NCBI GenBank assembly: GCA_050916045.1
Contig: CP051526.1
Span: forward strand, 1,216,001 to 1,280,000
Direction: 5' to 3'
Source: Tepidisphaera sp.
GTDB taxonomy: Bacteria; Planctomycetota; Phycisphaerae; Phycisphaerales; UBA1924
Length of the DNA: 64,000 nucleotides
Shown one piece after another: positions 9,662 to 18,222 of the stretch. The notes beneath the pieces were generated by a model that searched no databases, was not told where the DNA came from, and was given only the letters and a program-made list of their open reading frames with translations. How positions within the stretch are numbered: position 1 is the first letter of the stretch; the number at the start of each line of letters is the position of its first letter. Position numbers and translations under genes: made by a program.

Positions 9662-10684
9662 TCAGCCCTGGAACGCTTCGACAAACGCGTCGTAGTCGAA
9701 GAAGTCGATGAAGCAGTCCATGTTGAAGTCCGCGCCCTCGCCGCCGCTCTCGAACGCGCCGACGAACGCGTCATAGTCGAAGAAATCCACGAAACCGTCG
9801 CCGTTGAAGTCCGCCGGGTCACCCACGCGAACCGTGAGCGTCAGCGTCGCCGGCAGATTGACCGGGTTCTCCTTCGTGTAGAACGTCGGGTAGACCCGCT
9901 CGCCCGTGCCGCCGCCCGGGCCGCCGTCCGCCGGTGCCAGCGACGAAACAATCAGATTGATCTTGCCGCGGTTGAGCGCATCGGCGAGGTACCGCTGCAC
10001 CGACGGGTCGCACGGCGAGAGGTCAAACGTCATCACCGTCCCCGCCGGCACGTGGTCGCCGGGCGCGACTTCGTCGGTCGTTGCGATCGCAAGCGGCACC
10101 GCGTCAAACCCCTGACGCACCTGCCGCGACACGTCCGTCGCGACGCCCGCTTCGTCAATCACCGACGCGAAGACGTTGCGAGCCCCTTCGGCCGGATCGA
10201 CTTCCGGCACGCCTCCGAACGCGCTCGACTCCTGGAAGCTCTCAAGCGTCCAGCCGTTGCGGTAGCCCGCGCCGAAAAGCTCGACCGGGCGGCCCAGGTC
10301 GGTGTCAATCGTCCGCCGCGGATCCCCCTCGGGCAGGAGCGACGTGAACGAGTCCGCCGTCGGGTCGTACACCGCTTCCAGATCGCTGGCCACGACGACC
10401 GTCAGCCGCGCCGACATCACGCAGTAGTTGGCCACGCCCAAACCCGGGGTCACGAGAGGGTTCGCCCCGCCGGTCGTGAATCCGAGCAGAAACTGCGCAT
10501 CACGGTCATCGAACCCCGCTTGAAGGATCGCGCCGAACGTCGGAGCCCGTTGCTCCGCACCCCGGCTGAAGTTGAACGGGTACATCCAGCGATCAGCCGA
10601 AGGACGGGTGAAGGAAACGTCGATCACCTGAGCATTCGCGGCCGTACCGGAAGCACACGCGAGCAGAGCGGCAACTCGAAGCAT
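9662..10684 (-). CDS. Secreted protein with C-terminal GC-type dockerin-like duplicated motif
   Basis: Signal peptide (ANA|Q); ends ADFNGDGFVDFFDYDAFVGAFESG-GEG-ADFNMDCFIDFFDYDAFVEAFQG. Confidence 0.8.
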   Translation of the reverse strand: MLRVAALLACASGTAANAQVIDVSFTRPSADRWMYPFNFSRGAEQRAPTFGAILQAGFDDRDAQFLLGFTTGGANPLVTPGLGVANYCVMSARLTVVVASDLEAVYDPTADSFTSLLPEGDPRRTIDTDLGRPVELFGAGYRNGWTLESFQESSAFGGVPEVDPAEGARNVFASVIDEAGVATDVSRQVRQGFDAVPLAIATTDEVAPGDHVPAGTVMTFDLSPCDPSVQRYLADALNRGKINLIVSSLAPADGGPGGGTGERVYPTFYTKENPVNLPATLTLTVRVGDPADFNGDGFVDFFDYDAFVGAFESGGEGADFNMDCFIDFFDYDAFVEAFQG

Positions 10685-10742
10685 TGAACGACTCCTTGTG
10701 AGACCTGACGGAAACCGGACGAAAAGTTCTTCCGATAATCAG

Positions 10743-10759
10743 TGGAGACTGAGTCTCAA
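10743..10759. promoter_or_regulatory. Fur-box-like palindrome TGGAGACT-G-AGTCTCAA between divergent genes
   Basis: Perfect GAGACT-G-AGTCTC core in an AT-rich intergenic region, preceded by GATAAT; resembles the 7-1-7 Fur consensus. Confidence 0.55.
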
Positions 10760-10798
10760 TCAGTTACCATAGAACAAGAAGGGTTACGGTTCAACAAG

Positions 10799-11725
10799 AT
10801 GTTTGGTTTCGCCAAGCCAAAATTCCCGATCTTTTCGACGACCGCACGCGTGGCTGGGGTTCGGGGCCCACGTGGGTTCACCCTGATCGAGCTTTTGGTC
10901 GTGATTGGGATCATTGCCCTGCTCGTGGCGCTCATGCTTCCGGTCTTGGCGAAGGCCAAGGCCATCGGAAAGCAGTGCCGCGAGCTGGCGGCGGCGAAGC
11001 AGCTTTCGACGGCGTTCACGGTCTACAGCGACGCCAACAAGGGCCGGGTGCTAACGGGGATTCCCACCACGGCGATGGTCGCAGGCCAGATGGTCGTGAC
11101 CAATCAGGCGGGCCAGCGGATCTACGGCGAGGAAGCCGCGCGATACCCGTGGCGGATCGCTCCGTACCTCGAGTACGACTTCCGCGGGCTGTACCAGTCT
11201 GATGAAATGCTCCGCGAAGCCCGGGCGGTCGGCGAAGCCGGGGGCGGCGCGGACCAGACCTACGAGTACGTCGTGAGCTTGTTCCCGAGCTTGGGGATGA
11301 ACGTCGCGTTCATCGGCGGAGCGGACCGGTTCGGAGCCTTCGATCGCATCTTCCAGCAGCGACTTGGCCGTCAGCACATCCTCAGGCTCGACGAAGTCGC
11401 CAAGCCGAGCAAGCTGCTGACGTTTGTCTCGGCGCGCTGCGAGACGCAGCCCGCCGCGCCCAACCTTGGCCGTCCTGAGGGGTTCTTCCGCGTCGAGCCG
11501 CCCAGGTTCTCCTTGTCCGAGGGCGAGCGGTGGGAATCCGCGTACGACCCCAAAGCCGAAGCTCCCGGCGTCAACTCCGGGTTCGTCTCCCTCCGCCACA
11601 TGAATCGCGCCGTCACCACCACGATCGACGGTCACGCTGAGATGCTCGGATGGGACGATCTCCGCGACATGGAGCGATGGGCGAACAAAGCCACCTCGCG
11701 CGACTGGATGATCGGGGCGAACTGA
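10799..11725 (+). CDS. Prepilin-type N-terminal methylation protein with H-X9-DG motif
   Basis: RG|FTLIELLVVIGIIALLVALMLPVL and C-terminal H-MNRAVTTTI-DG (exactly H-X9-DG). Start uncertain. Confidence 0.85.
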   Translation: MFGFAKPKFPIFSTTARVAGVRGPRGFTLIELLVVIGIIALLVALMLPVLAKAKAIGKQCRELAAAKQLSTAFTVYSDANKGRVLTGIPTTAMVAGQMVVTNQAGQRIYGEEAARYPWRIAPYLEYDFRGLYQSDEMLREARAVGEAGGGADQTYEYVVSLFPSLGMNVAFIGGADRFGAFDRIFQQRLGRQHILRLDEVAKPSKLLTFVSARCETQPAAPNLGRPEGFFRVEPPRFSLSEGERWESAYDPKAEAPGVNSGFVSLRHMNRAVTTTIDGHAEMLGWDDLRDMERWANKATSRDWMIGAN

Positions 11726-11775
11726 TCCGTCCGCGCCTGCGGGCTTGGTGTGCCGCGCGGCCGTAAAGTGCCCGC

Positions 11776-12195
11776 ATGAGCGACACGATTTTCGGCAAGA
11801 TCATCCGCGGGGAGATCCCCTGTCACAAGGTGTACGAGGACGCGGCGGTCCTGGCGTTCCTCGATGTCTTCCCCCTCTCACGCGGGCACACGCTGGTCAT
11901 CCCCAAGGAAGCAGTCGCGACGCTGGACGCCCTGAGCGACGACGCGGCGGCGGCGGTGGGGCGGGCTCTGCCGCGGATCTGCCGGGCGGTGAAGGCCGCG
12001 ACGGGGTGCGCCGGGTTCAATACCCTGCAGAACAACGGCGCGGCGGCTCACCAAGCCGTCTTCCACGTGCACTTTCACATCATCCCCAAGTACGAGGACG
12101 GCAAGGGGCTGGGGATCGTGTGGGGAGCGGGGAAACTCGACCACGCCACGGCGCCGGAGTTTGCGGCGACGCTTCGCGGGCTGATTTCAGCCTAG
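11776..12195 (+). CDS. HIT family nucleotide hydrolase
   Basis: IFGKIIRGEIP, GHTLVIPK, QAVFHVHFHII histidine triad. Confidence 0.92.
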   Translation: MSDTIFGKIIRGEIPCHKVYEDAAVLAFLDVFPLSRGHTLVIPKEAVATLDALSDDAAAAVGRALPRICRAVKAATGCAGFNTLQNNGAAAHQAVFHVHFHIIPKYEDGKGLGIVWGAGKLDHATAPEFAATLRGLISA

Positions 12196-12764
12196 CGACT
12201 TTGTCTGCGGCCGAATACCGCTCCGCGAATCTTCGGGAAGAGAAACAGCGATGCGATGAGGGTGGCAAGCCAACTTGCCGCGATGCCGATCGCGAGCAAG
12301 GTGTGGTCGTGGGTCCAGTCTGTCACGATCGTCGCGCGACCCGGACTGTTCGGGTCGTATCGCAGATTCATGGTCGAACCCACCGGCGGGCGGGTTGCCG
12401 TCGCCCGATCGATGCTCAGAGATTCGCCGGTGGTCCGAAGACCGCGTGCTTGAAAGATCCGGTCCCCCACAGCGTACTCGATGTCCACTTCCATGTAGGT
12501 CGTTGACGCTCTGGTCCGATTCGCGCCGTCGAGGCGAGAATCGAGAACTGTTCCCAGCGTCACGGGCCATGAACTCGCGGAAGCCACCTTTCGCAGGTCC
12601 TCAACTCGAAGCGAGACCGCGACGGAAGTGATGAGGAGTGGCACAAGCACCACGAACACCGGCAGCGGCGGAAGTGCGCGATGCCGGGCCGCGCGGCGCT
12701 CGGCGCGCTCCACTGACTTCTTCTGTTCGTGGGGCGGGATGTCCATGATTGACGGTTGGGGCAT
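12192..12764 (-). CDS. DUF3592-like membrane protein
   Basis: TM - SWPVTLGTVLDS - YAVG - RYDPNSPGRA - TM architecture. Confidence 0.7.
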   Translation of the reverse strand: MPQPSIMDIPPHEQKKSVERAERRAARHRALPPLPVFVVLVPLLITSVAVSLRVEDLRKVASASSWPVTLGTVLDSRLDGANRTRASTTYMEVDIEYAVGDRIFQARGLRTTGESLSIDRATATRPPVGSTMNLRYDPNSPGRATIVTDWTHDHTLLAIGIAASWLATLIASLFLFPKIRGAVFGRRQSR

Positions 12765-12788
12765 GGCCTCGCTTTTGAAGGAGGTGGG

Positions 12789-13313
12789 TCAGTCGAGGCC
12801 GTAAAGCACGCCCTGGGTGGCTTTCCTGAACCTCCAGACGAGGATCGGAAAGGTGATCGCCGCCAGGCTCCAGCACGCGATGAGGATACCCAGGTGTATG
12901 GAGTGCGAGGCCATCCAGTCGGCGGTGAGCGAGATTCGGTCCGGGTCGGAAGGGTCGTACCACACCTTCATCGGGGCGCCGCGTGCGGGGAGCTTGGCGA
13001 GTGCTTCGTCGCGAGAGACTTCCGAGACGATCCGAATCGGGCCCTGCTGGCGCTTCTCTCCGTTCACGACATACTCAATGTCCGCGATGACGCTGAAGGA
13101 CTCCCCGCGAGTGCCCGGGGAGTACACCGAAGCGGCGGTGACGCGTCCATCCACCGTCGGCCATCCCGGGGCGGCGGCGACCCGCCTCAGCTCGCCGACC
13201 CACAGAAACGACAGGATCACACCGATCGCGACCGACAGGACGAAGGTGCCGAAGACGCCGAGCGGAGCCGTCTCGTTGTCGCTTTCCCGATCTTCCCGAC
13301 GCCAAGGGCTCAT
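12789..13313 (-). CDS. DUF3592-like membrane protein
   Basis: TM - GWPTVDGRVTAA - IEYVVNG - VWYDPSDPDR - TM; tandem paralog of the adjacent gene. Confidence 0.72.
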   Translation of the reverse strand: MSPWRREDRESDNETAPLGVFGTFVLSVAIGVILSFLWVGELRRVAAAPGWPTVDGRVTAASVYSPGTRGESFSVIADIEYVVNGEKRQQGPIRIVSEVSRDEALAKLPARGAPMKVWYDPSDPDRISLTADWMASHSIHLGILIACWSLAAITFPILVWRFRKATQGVLYGLD

Positions 13314-13320
13314 CGGGGGA

Positions 13321-13776
13321 TTATTGCAGCCCGCGGAACCGGCCAAGGTTGATCTGGTCCGCGTCGATCATCCAGTGAGACTCCTCGCCGACGAACGGGT
13401 CGTCGATGTCGAGGGTCTTGTGCCAATCGAAGACGTAGCGGCTGCCGTCCTTGAGTTCGACGACGGTGGCGGTGTGATGGACGGTCCAACTGACGCGGGA
13501 GACGGTGTTGGCGGACTTGACCTCGGGAAGCTCCGCGAGGCGGCTGCTGATCGCCTTCATGGCCTGTTCGGCGATGCCGGTGCAGACGCGATGGGCGACG
13601 GCGGGTTCGGTGGGGTCCTTTCCGCGGATGACCATCATCGCGTTGCGCACCGCTCCCGTGATGCCCAGATGGTTGGGAAGAAAGACGTAGTTCACGTTGC
13701 GGATGCGCCGACGAAGCTCGGGATCGTCTCCGGCGGTGCGGTTGATCTTCTTGGCCAGTTCGCGAGAAAGGGGCAT
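13321..13776 (-). CDS. Hypothetical protein with papain/transglutaminase-like Cys-His-Asp pattern
   Basis: AGGAG RBS before ATG 13776; RVC...HHTATVVEL.DG.RYVFDW. Confidence 0.55.
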   Translation of the reverse strand: MPLSRELAKKINRTAGDDPELRRRIRNVNYVFLPNHLGITGAVRNAMMVIRGKDPTEPAVAHRVCTGIAEQAMKAISSRLAELPEVKSANTVSRVSWTVHHTATVVELKDGSRYVFDWHKTLDIDDPFVGEESHWMIDADQINLGRFRGLQ

Positions 13777-13872
13777 CTTGAGACTCCTGCGGGGGTGCGG
13801 CGGGTCGCCGTGAAGAAAGATGGCACGGCGTTCGGCGTGCATTGCAGGACGCGGGAAAAATGCGACCGCCGC

Positions 13873-16800
13873 TTAGCCGCAGAGCCGCTTGCGGAGCACG
13901 CTCAGGAGCGTTTCGGGCTCGAGGTACTTCTCGGGCGGTCGGAAGTAGACCTCGGCGAGGGTGTCGGAGGTCTGGCTGGCGAGGACGGAGACGCGGGCTT
14001 CGATGGCTTTGGTCTGCCCGGCGGGGACGGCGGCGAGCTTGTCCGCGACCTGCCTGGCGTCGTTGGTGAGGAAGACGACGTCATTGCCGCGAAGGGTGGC
14101 GGTCTTGACGCCCATCGCCGCGCACGCGGTGCGGAGTTCGGCGAGGAGGAAGAGGCGGACGGTGATGCGTGGCGGGTCGCCATAAGCCGCGACCATGTCC
14201 GCTTTGACCTTGTCGAGGTCGGCTTTGGTCGCGGCGGTGGCGATGCGGCGGTAGGCTTCGAGGCGACGCTGGTCGCTTGGGATGTACGAGCGTGGGATGG
14301 TGCCGGTGATGCCGATCTCGATGCTGGTGGCGCTGGGCTTGGGCCTGGGTGCTTCGGCTTTGAGGTCGTGGACCGCGCCTTCGAGGAGCTGGCAGTACAT
14401 CTCGTAGCCGACGGCGGCGATGTGGCCGCTCTGCTCGGGACCCAGGATGTTGCCCGCGCCGCGGATCTCAAGGTCGCGCATCGCGATCTTGAAGCCGGCG
14501 CCGAGCATCGAGTACTGCTCGATCGCGGCGAGGCGCTTCTTGCCCTGTTCGGTCAGCGTGCGTTCTTCCGGGAGGAGCAGGTAGCAGTACGCCCGGTGCT
14601 TGCTGCGGCCCACGCGGCCGCGGAGCTGGTGGAGCTGCGCCAAGCCGAACCGGTCGGCGTCGGCCACGATCATGGTGTTCGCGGTGGGGATGTCGATGCC
14701 GCTCTCGATGATCGTCGTCGAGACGAGGATGTCGGCATCGCCGCGGATGAACTTGAGCATGACCTCTTCGAGCTCTTCGCCCTCCATCTGGCCATGGCCG
14801 TAGACGACACGGGCGCCCGGGGCGAGTCCCTGCACGCGGTCGGCGACCTCCTTGATGTTGTGGACGGCGTTGTGGACGTAGAAAACCTGCCCCTCGCGGG
14901 CGAGCTCGCGCCTGATGGCTTGCTGGATGCGGCGCTCGTTGTACGGGAGCACTTCCGTCACGATCGCCCGGCGGTCCACCGGCGGCGTCGTCAGGTTGCT
15001 GATGTCACGGATGCCGAGGAGGGCCATGTGGAGCGTCCGCGGGATCGGCGTCGCGGAAAGCGTGAGAACATCCGCCGTCAGCCGAAGCCGCAGCAACCGC
15101 TCCTTGTGCTCGACGCCGAACCGCTGTTCCTCGTCGACGACGACAAGCCCGAGATCCGCAAACTTCACATCCTCGGAGAGGACGCGGTGCGTGCCGATGA
15201 GGACATCGATCTGGCCCTTGCGAGCGGCTTCGAGGATCTCCTTGGTTTCCTTGCCCTCCTTGAACCGCGAGATGGACTCGATGCGGAAGGGATAGCCGGA
15301 GAACCGGCTCTTAAAGGTCCGTTCGTGCTGTTCGGCGAGAACGGTGGTGGGGACGAGGACCGCGACCTGCTTGCCGTACTCGGCGGCTTTGAATGCCGCG
15401 CGGATCGCAAGCTCGGTCTTGCCGAACCCGACATCGCCGCAGATCAGGCGGTCCATCGGGCGGTCTTTCTGCATGTCGGCTTTGATCGAAGCCAGTCCCG
15501 CGACCTGATCCTCGGTTTCTTCGTACGGGAACTCCTCCTCGAACTCACGCTGCCACGCGGTGTCGGCGGGGAAGCTGATCCCCGGCATGTGCTCGCGGGC
15601 GGCACGGACGCGGAGCAGCTCGCCCGCGAGGTCGCGGACTGATTCCTCGACGCGGTCCTTCTGGTTCTGCCAGCGCGTGCCGCCGAGGGTCGAGAGGGGC
15701 GGCTTGCCCTTGAACCCGCCGACGTACTTCTGGACCAGGTCGATCTGGACGGCGGGGATATAGAGCTTGCTCTTGCCTGCGAACTCGAGGACGAGGTATT
15801 CCTGTTCGTCCAGGTCCTTCTTGCCCTTGGCGGCTTTCGGTGCGCCGGGGAGATCACGCGGCGTCATCATCGCGAGGCCGACGAGCTGGGCGATGCCGTG
15901 GTCGGCGTGGACGACGAAGTCCCCGACCGAGAGGTCGAGGAAGGTGTCCATCGCGCGGCCGGCGGAGATCTTTCCGCCGCGGCGACGGACGGTGAAGCGA
16001 TTGAGGAGTTCGTGGTACGGGACGAACGCGGTGCCGCCCTTCGCGACCGATGGATCAAGCCAGGTGAACCCCTCGTGCAGGTACGCGAGGACGGCTTGGA
16101 TGCGACTCTCGCCGGGCAGGTGCTCGGTGAGAAGCTCGCCGAACCGCTGCTTCTCGCCGTCGTTCTGACAGGTGACGATCGCCCGGCCCTCGGACGCGAG
16201 GTTGCCGAGCTCCTTGAAGGCTTCGGCGAGGTCCTTCGCGAAAGGGGGGATGCTCGCGACGGGGAGGTCGATGGCGGCGTCGGCGAGAGCGGCACCGGCG
16301 GAGAAGCGGTTCACCTCGGCGACGGCGTGGCCGTGCTTCTGCAGAGCGGCGAGGACCGCGGGAGGGCCGAAGATGCCGCGAGCGTCGGTGACACGCTCGT
16401 AATAGCCGCGGGCCTGCTCCACGATTTCGGCGAGCTCGCTGAGAATGACGATCACGCCGGGCGGGAGGAGCGTGGGCATCAGCACGCCGCGCTCGGTCTG
16501 GATGAGTGCCGGGTCGGCGGCGAGAAGCTCGACGCGGTCGATCGCCCGGTCCGAGCCCATCGTGTTGAGGTCGATCTCGGTGAGCTTGTCGACCTCATCG
16601 CCGAAGAAGTCGAGTCGCACGGGGATTGCTTTCGCGGCCGAACCTTCGCCTCCGCCGGGCGGGAAGATGTCGAGGATGCCGCCGCGGACGGCGAACTCGC
16701 CGGGCTCTTCGACGGCGTCGCGGCGCGAGTAGCCCGCGCCCTCAAGCCAGCGGACCAAGCCTGACATCGGCACCGTCTGGCCGCGGGCGATCTCTCGCGT

Positions 16801-17205
16801 GAGCTGAGAGAGCGACTCGACCGGCGGCAAGCCCTGCATGAGCGCCTGGATCGGGGCGACGAGGACTTCGGGAAGCGTGCCGGAACCCAGGCTTCGCAGG
16901 ACGCGGAGCCGCTCGGCGAAGAGATCGAGGGCTGCGGCGGATTCGCCGGGGAGGGCTTCGAGCACGGGGAGGCGGGACGAAGCGACGCCCATGGAGAGGA
17001 GCTCATCGACGGCTTCGTCGGCTTCGTCGAGGTGAGCGGCGACGAGGAGGACGGGCTTGCTGGTGAGGCGGCCGATGGCGGCGGCGATGAGGTGTGTGGC
17101 GGAGCCTGCGGCGCCGCGAGCGACGGCACGCTTGCTGGCGTTGAGCGCCTGCGCGAGGTCCGCGAGGGTCGCGGTGCGCTGGATGTGGTCGATCGGTGTG
17201 GTCAT
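13873..17205 (-). CDS. mfd: Transcription-repair coupling factor
   Basis: UvrB-homology segment (GEFAVRGGILDIF), RID (VVHADHGIA), GDVGFGKT, DEEQRFG, QLRGRVGR, RDLEIRGAGNILG and TRCF domain. Start 17205 or 17250. Confidence 0.97.
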   Translation of the reverse strand: MTTPIDHIQRTATLADLAQALNASKRAVARGAAGSATHLIAAAIGRLTSKPVLLVAAHLDEADEAVDELLSMGVASSRLPVLEALPGESAAALDLFAERLRVLRSLGSGTLPEVLVAPIQALMQGLPPVESLSQLTREIARGQTVPMSGLVRWLEGAGYSRRDAVEEPGEFAVRGGILDIFPPGGGEGSAAKAIPVRLDFFGDEVDKLTEIDLNTMGSDRAIDRVELLAADPALIQTERGVLMPTLLPPGVIVILSELAEIVEQARGYYERVTDARGIFGPPAVLAALQKHGHAVAEVNRFSAGAALADAAIDLPVASIPPFAKDLAEAFKELGNLASEGRAIVTCQNDGEKQRFGELLTEHLPGESRIQAVLAYLHEGFTWLDPSVAKGGTAFVPYHELLNRFTVRRRGGKISAGRAMDTFLDLSVGDFVVHADHGIAQLVGLAMMTPRDLPGAPKAAKGKKDLDEQEYLVLEFAGKSKLYIPAVQIDLVQKYVGGFKGKPPLSTLGGTRWQNQKDRVEESVRDLAGELLRVRAAREHMPGISFPADTAWQREFEEEFPYEETEDQVAGLASIKADMQKDRPMDRLICGDVGFGKTELAIRAAFKAAEYGKQVAVLVPTTVLAEQHERTFKSRFSGYPFRIESISRFKEGKETKEILEAARKGQIDVLIGTHRVLSEDVKFADLGLVVVDEEQRFGVEHKERLLRLRLTADVLTLSATPIPRTLHMALLGIRDISNLTTPPVDRRAIVTEVLPYNERRIQQAIRRELAREGQVFYVHNAVHNIKEVADRVQGLAPGARVVYGHGQMEGEELEEVMLKFIRGDADILVSTTIIESGIDIPTANTMIVADADRFGLAQLHQLRGRVGRSKHRAYCYLLLPEERTLTEQGKKRLAAIEQYSMLGAGFKIAMRDLEIRGAGNILGPEQSGHIAAVGYEMYCQLLEGAVHDLKAEAPRPKPSATSIEIGITGTIPRSYIPSDQRRLEAYRRIATAATKADLDKVKADMVAAYGDPPRITVRLFLLAELRTACAAMGVKTATLRGNDVVFLTNDARQVADKLAAVPAGQTKAIEARVSVLASQTSDTLAEVYFRPPEKYLEPETLLSVLRKRLCG

Positions 17206-17253
17206 GGTCGCCGCGGCATCATTCGCACCATCGGCACGCGAGCCGGGCATGGG

Positions 17254-17523
17254 TTACTTTCGCTTGAGCGCGTCGGCGACGAGCTCGGCGAAGGCTTTGG
17301 CGTTGCGGGCTTCGACGACGGGAGCGGATTTCGCGGCGGGGACGCCGGCTTTGGTGAGGAGGTCACCGGCTTTGGCCCAGAGCTTGTCGGCGGCTTTGCC
17401 TTCGGCGAGGAAGACCTCGCCGACGAGTTCCTGGAGCTGGGTGAGGGTGCGGGTGTCCGCGTGCTCGTAGAAGCGGTTGATGGCTTTCTTGGCTGTCTTG
17501 GAGAAGTGTCCGCCGTAGGTCAT
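17254..17523 (-). CDS. Small hypothetical protein upstream of mfd
   Basis: 89 aa, host-like codon usage, TATCCT-N5-ATG leaderless start. Confidence 0.7.
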   Translation of the reverse strand: MTYGGHFSKTAKKAINRFYEHADTRTLTQLQELVGEVFLAEGKAADKLWAKAGDLLTKAGVPAAKSAPVVEARNAKAFAELVADALKRK

Positions 17524-17618
17524 GCCCGAGGATATCCCGGGGTTGGTGGAGGGTCGCTTGCAACGGGAGAGACGGGATGGTACACTAACCGATCGGTTAT
17601 CTATTCCAGGAGAAACGC

Positions 17619-18143
17619 ATGATCCGCTGTCTCGCCTTGTCCACTGTCGTTTCGATCGCTCTGCTCGCCGGGTGCGCCCACACGGGGGGTACGCAGCCGA
17701 GCCCCGCGACCAATCCGCAAGCCATGCTCGACGCGGTCAAGAGCATGAAGGGTGACTGGATGATGATCGACGACAAGGGCGTCGCTCAGCCGGCTTCGAC
17801 GTTCACGGTGTCGTCCAACGGGTCGGTCGTCCGCGAGATCATGTTCCAGGGCACCGAGCACGAGATGACGAACATGTACCACCTCGACGGCAACTCGCTC
17901 ATCATGACGCACTACTGCGCGATGGGCAACCAGCCGCGGATGCGGGCGGTCGCGTTTGACGGCAAGACGATTGCGTTCGGGCCCGACAGCGTCACCAACC
18001 TCAAGGGCGACGCGGCGTACATGGGGAGCATGACGATGACATTCACCGACGCCGACAACGTGCTCATGGACTGGCGGAGCATCAAGAACGGCAAGCCGGA
18101 CGGCTCGCACGACGCGCCGTTCAAGCTGACGCGGAAGAAGTAA
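17619..18143 (+). CDS. Hypothetical lipoprotein
   Basis: AGGAG RBS, lipobox LLAG|C, beta-rich body with YHLDG..THYCAMGNQPRM. Confidence 0.75.
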   Translation: MIRCLALSTVVSIALLAGCAHTGGTQPSPATNPQAMLDAVKSMKGDWMMIDDKGVAQPASTFTVSSNGSVVREIMFQGTEHEMTNMYHLDGNSLIMTHYCAMGNQPRMRAVAFDGKTIAFGPDSVTNLKGDAAYMGSMTMTFTDADNVLMDWRSIKNGKPDGSHDAPFKLTRKK

Positions 18144-18159
18144 GCGGTCGACCAACGAG

Positions 18160-18201
18160 AAAGAGCCCGACCCGTGCCGTCCGGCGTGGGTCAGGCTCTT
18201 T
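18160..18201. terminator. Probable bidirectional intrinsic terminator
   Basis: AAAGAGCC-CGACCC...GGGTCA-GGCTCTTT inverted repeat between convergent genes. Confidence 0.6.
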
Positions 18202-18222
18202 GGCTTGGCTTCACGAAAGGTC

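Noticed and set aside
12817..15642. 941-aa plus-strand ORF
   Set aside because: Antisense shadow of mfd and its downstream genes.
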